From an uncultured Nitrososphaerota archaeon (GTDB lineage Archaea > Thermoproteota > Nitrososphaeria > Nitrososphaerales > CADDZS01), in assembly GCA_963799845.1 (NCBI GenBank), contig CAWCYI010000006.1, forward strand, positions 736,001 to 800,000: a stretch of 64,000 nucleotides of DNA, in the 5' to 3' direction. Below are positions 9,494-19,924 of the stretch, piece after piece (position 1 is the first letter of the stretch; every line of letters starts with the position of its first letter). The position numbers and the translations under genes are program-made. The notes below the pieces were generated by a model that was not told the DNA's origin, did no database searches, and was given only the letters and a program-made list of their open reading frames with translations.

Positions 9494-11089
9494 ATGGCGG
9501 GTACAAAATCAGTTTTCGTGCGCGATGCCACGGGGTTGGTTCGAGCTTTTCGTTGGTATGATGCTCTGATTCTAAGTCTTGCAGTTACCGGTCCAACATA
9601 TTTTGGGATCGCCTCGCAGATCGGTTACGTCTCACCTAACGTTCCCGGCGCGGATTTCACGACTTCCGCCGCGATCGGTTTGTTGTTCATGATTCCTTTG
9701 GGGCTAGTCTACTATTTGTTTGCCGTCAGTATGCCTAGGTCCGGAGGAGATTACGTCTGGATAGGCCGATCCATTCATCCGATTTTGGGATTCGTGGGCG
9801 GCTGGGCCATGTTCATTTCATTCATCTTTCTTCTGGCGGGAGTTGGAGGTCCGACCTGGGCTGGAGTTGTAGTTCCAGTTTTTTACGTAACCATGGGATA
9901 TGTCTGGCACAGCCCAGGACTGGTCACTTACGCTACTACGTTCACCAGGAATACAGTCTTTGAGTATGGATTACTCGTGATAATCTTGGGTGCTTTAATT
10001 ACAGCCTTTGGTCCTAAAGTGTACAGCAGAATCATGATCTTCTTAGCGGCGATCATCCTTCTTGGCACTTTCGTTTTCATCGGTGTAGCGGCGACCACCT
10101 CTCCTACGACTTTCGCCAATGCTTTCAACACTTTCACTTCTACGAATGCGCTGAACGCGACATACAGTAGTATCATTAGTAATGCAGGAACCGCTGGCTG
10201 GGCATATCAGCCAATAACCACCGCGCTCACTTTGGCGAGCGTTCCTTTCGGGGTCCTCTTGTTTAACGGATTCAACTATTCAGTGTACGTGTCTGGGGAA
10301 ATGAAAGATGTCCGAAGGAGTATGCTGTGGGGAGTTTTGCTTGCATTACTCATATGCGGAATCTTGGATATCATAGGTCTCTACTTTGGAGTAAAGATGA
10401 TTGGCTACGAGTTCAATCAAGCAGCCTTCTATCTGTTCGGGCATGGATCTTCCGCCTGGCCGTTTCCAGGGATTTCTCCGTGGATCGCGCTATTCACCCC
10501 GATGGTGATCAACAATGCATACCTGTCCACATTCGTGCAACTCGGTTGGTTACTTTTCTTCATATGGTGGGCGGCCGCTCTTATCCTCGCGATTTCGCGT
10601 TACGTCTTTGCATTCTCTTTCGACAGGGTCCTGCCCACGGCTTTTGCGGACGTAAACCAGCGCTTCCACTTCCCGCTCAAAGCGACGGCCTTGACTTTGG
10701 GGATCGGGATACTCTTCCTGATCGACTTCACTTACCTCCAATCCTACCTGGTGGCTACACTCAACACTACTGCAATTTGGGCCGTGGTCTGGGTTGTCGT
10801 AGGCCTGTCGGCGATAGTCTTCGCGGTCAAAAAGAAGGAGATGGCGAAGGCTCTTCCCGGTGGTCCAGTGCTACTGATGGTCTTTGGTCTGCTGTCAATG
10901 CTCGCTATGGGCGCTACTTTCTATTACGCAGCGACAAACTCTGCAATCGGACCGTTCACCACTTCTGCGCAGGGCCTTCTCGGAGTAGTATTTGCGTCGG
11001 GCCTGGTAATCTACATCATCAGTTACTACTACCACAAAGCCCACAACATCAACCTCGACTTGGTATTGAAGGAAATACCTCCAGAGTAA
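9494..11089 (+). CDS. APC family amino acid/polyamine permease
   Basis: FVRDATGLVR, MPRSGGDYVW, FAFSFDRVLP, about 12 hydrophobic segments, C-terminal EIPPE. Confidence 0.9.
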   Translation: MAGTKSVFVRDATGLVRAFRWYDALILSLAVTGPTYFGIASQIGYVSPNVPGADFTTSAAIGLLFMIPLGLVYYLFAVSMPRSGGDYVWIGRSIHPILGFVGGWAMFISFIFLLAGVGGPTWAGVVVPVFYVTMGYVWHSPGLVTYATTFTRNTVFEYGLLVIILGALITAFGPKVYSRIMIFLAAIILLGTFVFIGVAATTSPTTFANAFNTFTSTNALNATYSSIISNAGTAGWAYQPITTALTLASVPFGVLLFNGFNYSVYVSGEMKDVRRSMLWGVLLALLICGILDIIGLYFGVKMIGYEFNQAAFYLFGHGSSAWPFPGISPWIALFTPMVINNAYLSTFVQLGWLLFFIWWAAALILAISRYVFAFSFDRVLPTAFADVNQRFHFPLKATALTLGIGILFLIDFTYLQSYLVATLNTTAIWAVVWVVVGLSAIVFAVKKKEMAKALPGGPVLLMVFGLLSMLAMGATFYYAATNSAIGPFTTSAQGLLGVVFASGLVIYIISYYYHKAHNINLDLVLKEIPPE

Positions 11090-11234
11090 ACTGGCTGTTT
11101 TCCTCGGTACGAAGCTGTCAGAAAAAGCTCTAACCGAAGTAGGCTCTATTTTTGAGTCTTCTTCGGACAATCTGATTTAGCGAGATTGCATCAGACTTAA
11201 ACATCAGCCGAATTCTTGCTGAGTCGATTCTAGA

Positions 11235-12323
11235 TTGAAAATCGAAGAGCTTCCGACTCCATGCGTACTGATAGACCTTGATGCGCTGGAAAGAAATATC
11301 GAGAAGATGGCAGCGTTTACAAAATCGAAGAATTGCGGGGTGAGGCCACATGCAAAGTCCCACAAGAGCCCGTTCATTGCAAAGAAGCAGATGGATGCGG
11401 GAGCTGTAGGTGTCTGCTGTCAGACTCTGATCGAAGCCGAGGCAATGATTCTGAACGGGATCGACCACGTCCTGTTGACGCATAATCTAGCCTCTACTGG
11501 GATGCTCGAGAGATTTCTAAGCCTAAGAAAGAATGGTGACATAAAGATTCTTGTTGATGGACCAGAAAATACAGAAATGCTTGCAAAGGCCGCTAGACAT
11601 CGCGGACTCACTGTCGATGTTTTGGTCGAGGTCAATGTTGGAAACAACAAAGCCGGACAGGAACCCGGCGAACCCGCCGCGAAATTTGCTTCGTGGGTTT
11701 CGAAAGTAGAGGGCGTCAGGTTCAAGGGTCTCCAGTGCTACGAAGGGAATCTTCAACTCACGATTCCGAGTTTTGAAACGAGAAAGGAGCAAGCCGGGCC
11801 GGTTCTTCAAAAGATCACGAAAACCTTAGGTGCTCTAAAAAACTTGGGACTCGTGCCCGAGATCGTAACCGGTGGAGGAACTGGAACTTACAACATTACA
11901 GCCGGTTATCCAGGAGTGACGGATATTCAACCAGGATCCTACATTATGATGGACAGGCGGTACTCGGAGATCGACACGGCAGGTTCCGATTTTGAGCAGG
12001 CGATGACAGTCCTTTCAACCGTTGTAAGTACTCCAAACGATACGAGAGCGGTCATAGACTTGGGGTGGAAGGCAGTTGGTATCGAGTATGAAGCCCTGGG
12101 ATGGGGAGGAATGCCCAAGCCCCTGATTCATGGTGTTACCTATTCGACCGGTGGCGACGAGCACGGAGTGTTGAAAAGCGAGATCGCTTCGAAGCGGCCC
12201 AACGTTGGTGACAAGGTTCGATTCATTCCTGCCCACTGCGATACCACATTGAACCTACACGGAGTTTTTTACGGAATTCGAGGGGACAGCGTTGAAGTGG
12301 TCTGTCCAGTTGCCCGTCGCTGA
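11235..12323 (+). CDS. DSD1/D-threonine aldolase family PLP-dependent enzyme
   Basis: RPHAKSHK PLP lysine, GGGTGT, QPGSYIMMD, DEHG, PAHCDTT. Confidence 0.88.
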   Translation: MKIEELPTPCVLIDLDALERNIEKMAAFTKSKNCGVRPHAKSHKSPFIAKKQMDAGAVGVCCQTLIEAEAMILNGIDHVLLTHNLASTGMLERFLSLRKNGDIKILVDGPENTEMLAKAARHRGLTVDVLVEVNVGNNKAGQEPGEPAAKFASWVSKVEGVRFKGLQCYEGNLQLTIPSFETRKEQAGPVLQKITKTLGALKNLGLVPEIVTGGGTGTYNITAGYPGVTDIQPGSYIMMDRRYSEIDTAGSDFEQAMTVLSTVVSTPNDTRAVIDLGWKAVGIEYEALGWGGMPKPLIHGVTYSTGGDEHGVLKSEIASKRPNVGDKVRFIPAHCDTTLNLHGVFYGIRGDSVEVVCPVARR

Positions 12324-12332
12324 TTTTCGGGA

Positions 12333-13184
12333 GTGAATGAGATGAAATTCGGATTAGCTGTTACCGGACGGGCAAACCCGAAGATTCTGGAAAAGATGGC
12401 GATCAAAGCTGACGGCGTCGGTTACGACTCATTCCTCGTGACGGATCACTTTATGCTGCCGGATGCAAATAACCACATAGACGTCTGGTCCTTCCTCCCG
12501 TACCTAGCAGCAAAGACAGAGAACGTTCGGCTTGGGACTTGCGTGACCCCACTCCCATTTAGGCGGCCGGGTATTCTAGCGAAGATGATCTCCACCACGG
12601 ACAATCTTTCCGGCGGCAGGGTGATCCTGGGTGCCGGATTCGGGTGGTTCAAACCCGAATTCGATGGATTCTCTCAGTGGCTTGAAACGAAGGAGAGAAT
12701 TTCGTACAGCGAGGAAGCTATCCAACTTATGTTAAGGCTCTGGACAGAAAAGAATCCCGTGGATTATGATGGAAAATTCGTGCATTCGAAGGGAGCGGTA
12801 ATCGAACCGAAGCCAATCCAGAAACCGCATCCACAGATCTGGTTCGGAGGTCATAGGTCTCAGAGTTTGCGAATGGCAGGACGGTATGGTCAGGGCTGGA
12901 TGCCGATAGGGCCGAGATGGTTCAGCGACAGCTATCCCAGACCCGCCGAATACGCGGAAATGAAGGCAAAGATTGTGTCCAGATTAAAGAACAGAGGTGT
13001 CTCGGAGAAGAAATTTGTTTTTACGACTTTGATCAACAATGCAGACTTGAAGACAGTGAAAGCCGATGTGGAACAATTCATCGACGCCGGCATGAATTAT
13101 TTTACTCTGGGCGAAAAGGCGCAGTCCGAGGACAGCATCAAGAGTATTGCAAAAGTTGCAAAAGATATAGGCGGATCGCTCTAA
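12333..13184 (+). CDS. LLM-class flavin/F420-dependent oxidoreductase
   Basis: DHF, LAAKTENVRLGTCV, DNLSGGRVILGAGFGW, PKPIQKPHP. Confidence 0.9.
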   Translation: MNEMKFGLAVTGRANPKILEKMAIKADGVGYDSFLVTDHFMLPDANNHIDVWSFLPYLAAKTENVRLGTCVTPLPFRRPGILAKMISTTDNLSGGRVILGAGFGWFKPEFDGFSQWLETKERISYSEEAIQLMLRLWTEKNPVDYDGKFVHSKGAVIEPKPIQKPHPQIWFGGHRSQSLRMAGRYGQGWMPIGPRWFSDSYPRPAEYAEMKAKIVSRLKNRGVSEKKFVFTTLINNADLKTVKADVEQFIDAGMNYFTLGEKAQSEDSIKSIAKVAKDIGGSL

Positions 13185-13188
13185 ACCG

Positions 13189-14086
13189 GTGAGCGGTTCT
13201 CAGTTGAAAAAATCGGGCTGGAAGATTTCATTTATCCCTTACTTCATGAAGGCGAAGCTCCAGTGGAGTGCTCCGAAAAACGACGAGGCTATTCGGGTCC
13301 TTTCTGAAGAGGGATTTGACGGTGTCGAGTGGATGCTGGGACACCACTTCAACAGTACCCGAAGAGCTCCAGCGTCTCGCAGAGAAAACTAGGAAGAATG
13401 GGCTTGAAATTTCAAACCTAATGTGCTGGCAGGATCTGGTAACTAACGTTAGCAAGACGCGAAATTTGCGTATCAAAGTTCTCGAAGAATACATTGCAGC
13501 AGCCGGATCGCTGTCAATCCCGATCGTGAACGTATTTACTGGGCCGATCACGTGGGCTCCGAATTATCAGAAGATCGGGCGAGATATTTCCGAAGGCAAA
13601 GCCTGGTCTGTCGTAGTTGATTCGTTTTCGAAAATAGTAGATGCAGCTGAGAAAAACAACGTTATCCTCACCGTCGAGGCAGTCTTCGGAATGCTGGTCC
13701 ACGACTATTACACGATGCGAGAGTTTCTCGGCCACTTTGACTCCAATCATCTCGGGGTCAACCTCGATCCGTCGCACTTGGCACTGTATGGAAACGATCC
13801 GGCGTGGGCAGTATCTCGGCTGGGACACAGAATTAGACATGTGCACGTTAAGGATGCCGTCGGGAAAGCCGGTACTCTGGGAGAAGATTTTGTTTTTCCT
13901 TTCTTGGGGGAAGGATCGGTCGATTGGAAAGATTTTCTCAAGGCTCTAGCGCAGGTAAACTACAGCGGTTATCTTTCTCTAGAGTTCGAGAATGATGTTT
14001 ACCTGAACAACGTCTGCGATGGCGACTGGGCGATGGCGGCTAGGGAATCAAAATCCCGTCTATTGAAATTCCTCGGAGAATTGTAA
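13189..14086 (+). CDS. Sugar phosphate isomerase/epimerase, frameshift at ~13357
   Basis: GFDGVE in ORF 13189-13392 continues as PEELQRLAEK...NLDPSHL, HVHVKD, LGEGSVDW, LSLEFE in ORF 13268-14086. Confidence 0.85.
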
Positions 14087-14199
14087 TTGTCTCTGAAACT
14101 CGAAACAGTCGGCATCAAGTCGTAAAGAGCATTAAGTGATGCGAGTAAATACCGAAAGACGCAAAAACTCTCCGTCTGTAGAGTGTTCCGTTTTTATCA

Positions 14200-15189
14200 A
14201 TGGAATACGTTCGATTCGGCAACACCGGTCTCAAAATCTCCCGTTTGTGTCTCGGCTGCATGAGCTTCGGCAACGGGACAGACTACATGGTAGAGGAGGA
14301 TGAGGCAAAGAAAGTCATCGCGAGAGCATGGGACCTCGGGATAAATTTCTTTGATACTGCGAATGTGTATTCCGATGGAAGGTCTGAGGAGATAGTCGGC
14401 GACTCGGTGAAGGATTATGGCCGTGAGAACCTGGTGATCGCAACCAAGGTCTACAACGACATGGGGAGCGGCCCCAATCAGCGAGGTCTGTCGAGAAAGC
14501 ACGTGATGTGGCAGATGGGAGAGTCTTTAGCCCGGTTGAAGATGGACTACGTTGATCTATACCAGACTCATCGCTGGGATTACGATACCCCGATTGAGGA
14601 AACCCTGTCGGTACTTTCAGATCTGGTACACGGCGGAAGCGTCAGGTACATCGGCGCGTCAAGCATGTGGGCGTGGCAGTTTTCAAAAGCCCTCTACACA
14701 AGCGAACTCAGGGGTTTTGAAAAATTTTCCAGCATGCAAAATCTATACAATCTGCTCTATCGCGAAGAAGAGAGGGAAATGATACCACTCTGCGTGTCCG
14801 AAAATGTTGCTCTAATTCCGTGGAGTCCGACGGCAGGCGGCTTGTTGACAGGAAAGTACTTTTCTGATGGAAAGATCGCAACCTCCTCAAACGATTACAG
14901 CCGGCTGGCACCGGGTTCTTTTGGCTACAAGAGGTACGTTGGTAGAGCATCAAGTGACGAAATAATGAAGCGGTTGATCGAAATCGCGAAGAACGAGGGG
15001 GCAAAGCCAACGCAAGTAGCTATATCGTGGCTGCTCACCAAAAAGGCAGTTACTTCTCCCATAATTGGGACTTCGAAGGTCGAACATCTGGAAGAATTCG
15101 TAGGATCGCTGAGTGTCAACCTTTCAGCGGAAGATTGCCGGTACCTGGAAGAGCCGTACCAGCCGCAGACAGTCTCGGGATTCGTCTAG
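14200..15189 (+). CDS. Aldo/keto reductase (YajO-like)
   Basis: CLGCMSFG, FFDTANVYSDGRSE, DYVDLYQTHRWD, IPWSP. Confidence 0.93.
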   Translation: MEYVRFGNTGLKISRLCLGCMSFGNGTDYMVEEDEAKKVIARAWDLGINFFDTANVYSDGRSEEIVGDSVKDYGRENLVIATKVYNDMGSGPNQRGLSRKHVMWQMGESLARLKMDYVDLYQTHRWDYDTPIEETLSVLSDLVHGGSVRYIGASSMWAWQFSKALYTSELRGFEKFSSMQNLYNLLYREEEREMIPLCVSENVALIPWSPTAGGLLTGKYFSDGKIATSSNDYSRLAPGSFGYKRYVGRASSDEIMKRLIEIAKNEGAKPTQVAISWLLTKKAVTSPIIGTSKVEHLEEFVGSLSVNLSAEDCRYLEEPYQPQTVSGFV

Positions 15190-16055
15190 AGTTCGTCGAT
15201 CAATCCAGCTTTCGTCGCAGCAGTCTCGTTTTCCACGTCTGCAACTCTCTTCATGAGCGCCGTGACGCCGCTTTGAAGGGTGTCCATCTTCGAGTTCCCT
15301 TCAACGATACTTTTCTCCAGCCCGTCAAGCCGCTGGATAATTTTATTCAAATCTTCAGAAATTGAGTCTGTCTTCGAGTTTATAGGGCCGTTTCCGCTAG
15401 CGAAGGCGTCAAGTTTTGGTGAAACCCTTGCAACCGTCTCGGATAGAGTTTGGATCTTCTCGCCCCAAGTGAGGAGGTTCTTGTCAAACGATTCGAGCTG
15501 AGCCGCCAATTTCGGAATGGCATCGCTTTCGATTAATTCCGCTCGTGCCCTCGCATCTAAAATTGCAACGTCATGCTGCCCTAATTGTTCGTCCAATCCC
15601 TTGCACAATGTTTTTAGCTGCGACATTGTTTCATTTACCGATGCGAGTTCAGTCCAGAATGATTCCACTTTCTGATTTGTCGCCGTGAGACTATCGGTCA
15701 GGGTTTCAATGCCGTTGGTCTTCGGATTAAAATTTCTGACTTCGTGTTCAATTCCTGCTTTGTATGTCGAGATTTCGTTGGTCAGCGCTTGGATTCTAGA
15801 GTTGCTCGTCTCCACGGTTTTTGTGAGATTTTCGGCAATCTCCTGACTAGCAGCAAGTTCTCGGCTGAACTCCTCAATCTCCCGTGAGGTCGCCGCAACT
15901 TCTTTTGCAAGCTCCTCCGCTCTGGTACTGCTCGTCGCAAATTCCTTTGTAAGTTTCTGGACCTGACGGTCCAATTCGGTAACTTTAGTCATGATGAGCT
16001 TCCAGCGCTTTTTCTTCTTGGCATCCTTCTCGACATCTGTCTTTTTTCCTTTCAT
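15186..16055 (-). CDS. Long coiled-coil hypothetical protein
   Basis: 289 aa with continuous heptad pattern and basic N-terminus. Confidence 0.7.
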   Translation of the reverse strand: MKGKKTDVEKDAKKKKRWKLIMTKVTELDRQVQKLTKEFATSSTRAEELAKEVAATSREIEEFSRELAASQEIAENLTKTVETSNSRIQALTNEISTYKAGIEHEVRNFNPKTNGIETLTDSLTATNQKVESFWTELASVNETMSQLKTLCKGLDEQLGQHDVAILDARARAELIESDAIPKLAAQLESFDKNLLTWGEKIQTLSETVARVSPKLDAFASGNGPINSKTDSISEDLNKIIQRLDGLEKSIVEGNSKMDTLQSGVTALMKRVADVENETAATKAGLIDEL

Positions 16056-16520
16056 TGCTGGTCTGGAGCCGCCACAAGCGATTCAATACAGGATAAACAC
16101 CCGCGACGCTCCTTCAGATAAATAACTCTAACAATCTTTCTGAAGGACTTCCGATTTATTTCGAACGAAATTCGGCTTCTTGTGCGGGAAAGGTGGAATA
16201 GTAATTCTATGAAGATGACGGAATTTGTGCCTGCTCCTTCTCGAATTTTACAAGCCCAAATATGGATTTGCGAGCCCAACTAAAGTCGAGGGAAGACGTC
16301 CCGGGGCTGCATTATGGCCGAAACACTTGACTTTGAACGGCGATTATCCAATGCCGCGGTTTCCACAATCCAAGTAGGCCTTTTGAGACGATCTGATTTC
16401 GAAGCAAACGAGACGAATTTCGATCAATGGGAAAAAGTTCTTCATATCGGGAAATTATAGGGCGATCTCGACTTTACTCGAGCTGAAAAATCGATTGCGA
16501 AAAAATCGTAACCGGTAATC

Positions 16521-17431
16521 GTGATCCTCGGTTTCGCAATTCTGATTTCACTAAATTTGTTTTCTTTTCTTCTAGCTTATCCAAACATATCTCAGCTAAA
16601 TTCGGGATGTTGTGGAACGACGCTTCTAGCAAAAGACTTTTCAGCATTTTACGTCGGTGCGTGGCGGCTCTTCAGCGATCCATCCCAAGTTTACTTTCAC
16701 GGCAACCTGAACGATGGGGGATCTCAGATTTATCCTCAGCCCGAGCAGTTCAAGTATCTCCCCTCTTTCTTGTTCATAGTTGCACCATTGATCTTCGAAA
16801 CATACAATCAGACAATTGTCACCTTTGACATCATCCAATTTCTTCTACTCCCCCTTGTTGCACTACTCATTTACAAGCTCGTAATCCCAAAGGGACTGTT
16901 GCTTACTTTTCTTGCAGGACTCCCCGCCCTGCTATTGCTGTCGCCCGGGATCCTCTGGGGATTTTCAGCCGCATTCTACTGGCAGTGGTCGGAGGGTCAG
17001 TCGAAGGTTCTTGAGACATTCTTGCTCTTGCTTTCTCTGTATCTTGCTTATACGAAAAAACCCAGATTTTCCGGAGTGCTTCAAGAATATCTTTTTTCGA
17101 CCCGAGGTTTTCGCTTATTGCTCTGCCGCTGTTTCTCACGTTCAACAAGCAGAAGTTACGTGCTTCGTTAACGGTTCTCGTGGCGACCGTAATAATTAGC
17201 AACCTGCCGCTTTTGTATCCCGGCATGGGGCCGGGATTTCTATCGATGCTGATTTCGACCGGATTAAGAACCGAACTCTATCCTTACGCGCTCATGCTAT
17301 TCGTTACCATCCTGGTGCTGAGTCTCGTCTATCACGAAGAAGTATCTAGCGCCTACAGGGAGTTTCGAGCCAAGAATCGGACCGCTGAATCCACTGAAAA
17401 CGGTCAAGTCGTGGTTACTCCTTTGTCTTGA
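16521..17431 (+). CDS. Multi-pass membrane protein, glycosyltransferase family 87-like, frameshift at ~17085
   Basis: KDFSAFY and FKYLPSF luminal-loop motifs; continues in another frame as FFDPRF...SNLPLLY to stop 17431. Confidence 0.6.
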
Positions 17432-17511
17432 TGTGGGATAATACTATTAGCCTAGAAATGTGCTAGCTGTATGCTCTTGATTATGTTTGAAAATTTTGTG
17501 GTGATATTTGA

Positions 17512-19581
17512 TTGATCGAGTCGGTTCTGCAAATAGATTTTAGCGATCCCACGATCGCTACCGCGACTATTTTGATAATAATAATCGCGCTCGTTTTATT
17601 CTACGTCTTTATCGGCCGCGGGATATTCCTCGTACGTGACAATCAGATCGGTGTCCTGACGAAGAAATTCGGCGGTCAGAGGATGCCACAGGGTCAGATA
17701 ATTGCCCGCAAAAATCAGATCGGAATCCAGGCGCACACCCTAATGCCGGGCCTGTATGTCAGGAATCCAATCATATGGCAGATAAAGAAATTTCCGATAA
17801 CCGAGATTGGGGAAGAACAAGTTGGAGTGGTCGAATCAATCGATGGAGAGGCTCTCCCCAAAGCTCGCCTACTTGGCGATGCCATAGAATGCGCGCATTT
17901 CCAAGATGGTGAAACTTTCCTCGATAACCACGGGAAGAAGGGACCTCAGGTGGACATACTTCAACCTGGGAAGTACAGGATCAACCCACTTCTGTTCAAG
18001 ATCACTCCCCAACCTGCGACGATGATTGGATCAAACGAGGTTGCGATCTTGATTGCGCAGGATGGCATACCACTCCCATCAGATTACATTGTCGCTCCGA
18101 AGCCTCTTGAAAAGCCGGATCCGGAGGGCAAATTCCCGAATGCGCGTCCGCATCACTATTTTCAGGACGGCCAGGCGTTCATTGATAGCGGAGGTTTCCG
18201 GGGCCCGCAACAAGACACGCTGCAGCCTGGAAAATACTACATCAATACGCTGCTATTTACGGTAACAAAGGTTCCGAAATTCGAAGTTCCGCCTGGCTTC
18301 GTTGCGGTTTTAAGATCTAACGTTGGGAAGGAGATCGTCCAGTCGCAGACTGTTCCCATGGCAGTCAGTCAGGCTTCAAGTCTCAGTTCTACTCTGGTCT
18401 CGGATGTCGAAAAAGTTCTCATCTCCGACGTGAACCAGAGGGGCATCTACGACAAACCGCTCACGCCCGGTACCTATAATTTGAACACTATCGCCTTCAC
18501 CGCGTACCCCGTCCCGACAAGCGCGATTATGGTTGACTGGGCGGATACCGAAAGCCCTCTCGCAGCAACAATGTCTCGCCCCGAAGCGACACCAGCCAAG
18601 AACATCTCGGCATATCCTTACCTCTCAGACCAGACGGTCAAGGGGATCTCGTATTTTCAATTCAGCCAATTGAACGTAGTTTCAAAGGACGGGTTCCAGC
18701 TGGAGGTAAGCGTCCGAATGATCATTCGAGTAGCGCCGGAGAACGCAGCTTTTGTAATCGCGCGATTCGGCTCTGTGTTCAATTTGATCAGTCAGATAGT
18801 CCACCCGCTGATCGATTCGTCGTTCAGGAACAGTGCCGGTGAAAAGAAAGCGCTGGAATTTTTCCAGAGCAGGTCTGATCTCCAGAAGGAAGCGCTGGAA
18901 CGAGCCAAGATGGAATTTGAAAAGTATCACGTCGAAGCCCAGAACCTGTTGATTTCTTACATCGACATTCTTGACAAGAGTCTCCTCGACACACAAACTC
19001 AGAAAGAAATCGCGCTTCAACAGCAGGCGCAATATCAGGAGCAGGCGAAGGCTCAGGAACAGAGAATCGACGTTGAAACAAAGAAAGCAAACGCCGACAA
19101 GCAGCCAGACGTGGTCGCATCAAAGCTGCAAATCACCATAAATCAAAACCTCGCGCAGGCCCAGATTGAGCAAGCGAAAGGAATCAGCGTTTCTACAAGT
19201 ACCCAGGCTGACGGGCAGTCGGAAGCCATCAGGAAGGTGGGTCAGGCGCAGGCGGACGCATATAGGGCTCAGGTACTAGCTTTAGGGCAAAACAACGTCG
19301 CGATGGTGAACGTGATGGACAGGGTGAAGGACGGCAAGATTCAGATTACGCCGCAGACCCTCGTCGTCTCGGGCGGCAAGGACGGGGAAACTACGTCCAC
19401 TCTTTTCTCGGCTTATCTCGCCACACTTATGCAGAAGGGCACGCCCCAATTCAAAGATGACAGTGGAGACTCCCAGAAGAGCGAATCAAGTCAGGTTTCG
19501 ACATCGGCGACCGGTAGCGCGTCTACATACATGGTCGGCTCGGATAAAGTGAAGAAAATGTCCGGCAATAATCAACCGTAG
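17512..19581 (+). CDS. SPFH/band-7/flotillin domain protein with repeated LxPGxY beta-modules
   Basis: N-terminal TM helix, four LxPGxY repeats, SKDGFQLEVSV..IARFGSVFNLISQIVHPLIDSSFRN core, Q/A-rich coiled coil. Confidence 0.9.
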   Translation: MIESVLQIDFSDPTIATATILIIIIALVLFYVFIGRGIFLVRDNQIGVLTKKFGGQRMPQGQIIARKNQIGIQAHTLMPGLYVRNPIIWQIKKFPITEIGEEQVGVVESIDGEALPKARLLGDAIECAHFQDGETFLDNHGKKGPQVDILQPGKYRINPLLFKITPQPATMIGSNEVAILIAQDGIPLPSDYIVAPKPLEKPDPEGKFPNARPHHYFQDGQAFIDSGGFRGPQQDTLQPGKYYINTLLFTVTKVPKFEVPPGFVAVLRSNVGKEIVQSQTVPMAVSQASSLSSTLVSDVEKVLISDVNQRGIYDKPLTPGTYNLNTIAFTAYPVPTSAIMVDWADTESPLAATMSRPEATPAKNISAYPYLSDQTVKGISYFQFSQLNVVSKDGFQLEVSVRMIIRVAPENAAFVIARFGSVFNLISQIVHPLIDSSFRNSAGEKKALEFFQSRSDLQKEALERAKMEFEKYHVEAQNLLISYIDILDKSLLDTQTQKEIALQQQAQYQEQAKAQEQRIDVETKKANADKQPDVVASKLQITINQNLAQAQIEQAKGISVSTSTQADGQSEAIRKVGQAQADAYRAQVLALGQNNVAMVNVMDRVKDGKIQITPQTLVVSGGKDGETTSTLFSAYLATLMQKGTPQFKDDSGDSQKSESSQVSTSATGSASTYMVGSDKVKKMSGNNQP

Positions 19582-19587
19582 ATAGAA

Positions 19588-19914
19588 TTGATAGCCCGCA
19601 CAAAATTCCGAAGAAATGGAATAGGTCATCTGGTCTACGCTCTTGTCATAATCGGGATAGTCATAATCATCATCCTCGTGACAGTTATCCTCACGAGGAA
19701 TCAACAGCTTTCAAATCAGGCGCAGGCGGAAGTTTCTTACTTCAACAACCAGCCGCCAATCCCGACCCAAAGCTGTACTGTGCTGAACATTAATTATCAG
19801 AGGGCCACTCAGGATATTTCGACGTATTCTTCGTTTGTTCCCTCCAACTATTTTCAAAATCTTTCAAATCAGTATCTTTCGGAAATAAACGCGAAGACCT
19901 GTCCTTCAAGCTAG
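19588..19914 (+). CDS. Small membrane-anchored protein with class III (pilin-like) signal peptide
   Basis: KFRRNG followed by IGHLVYALVIIGIVIIIILV; two Cys in the exported part. Confidence 0.65.
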   Translation: MIARTKFRRNGIGHLVYALVIIGIVIIIILVTVILTRNQQLSNQAQAEVSYFNNQPPIPTQSCTVLNINYQRATQDISTYSSFVPSNYFQNLSNQYLSEINAKTCPSS

Positions 19915-19924
19915 GTGATCGAAG

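Noticed and set aside
10327-11133. Long alternative-frame or antisense ORFs (also 5817-6380, 50156-50920)
   Set aside because: They are shadows of well-supported genes, with no recognisable motifs.
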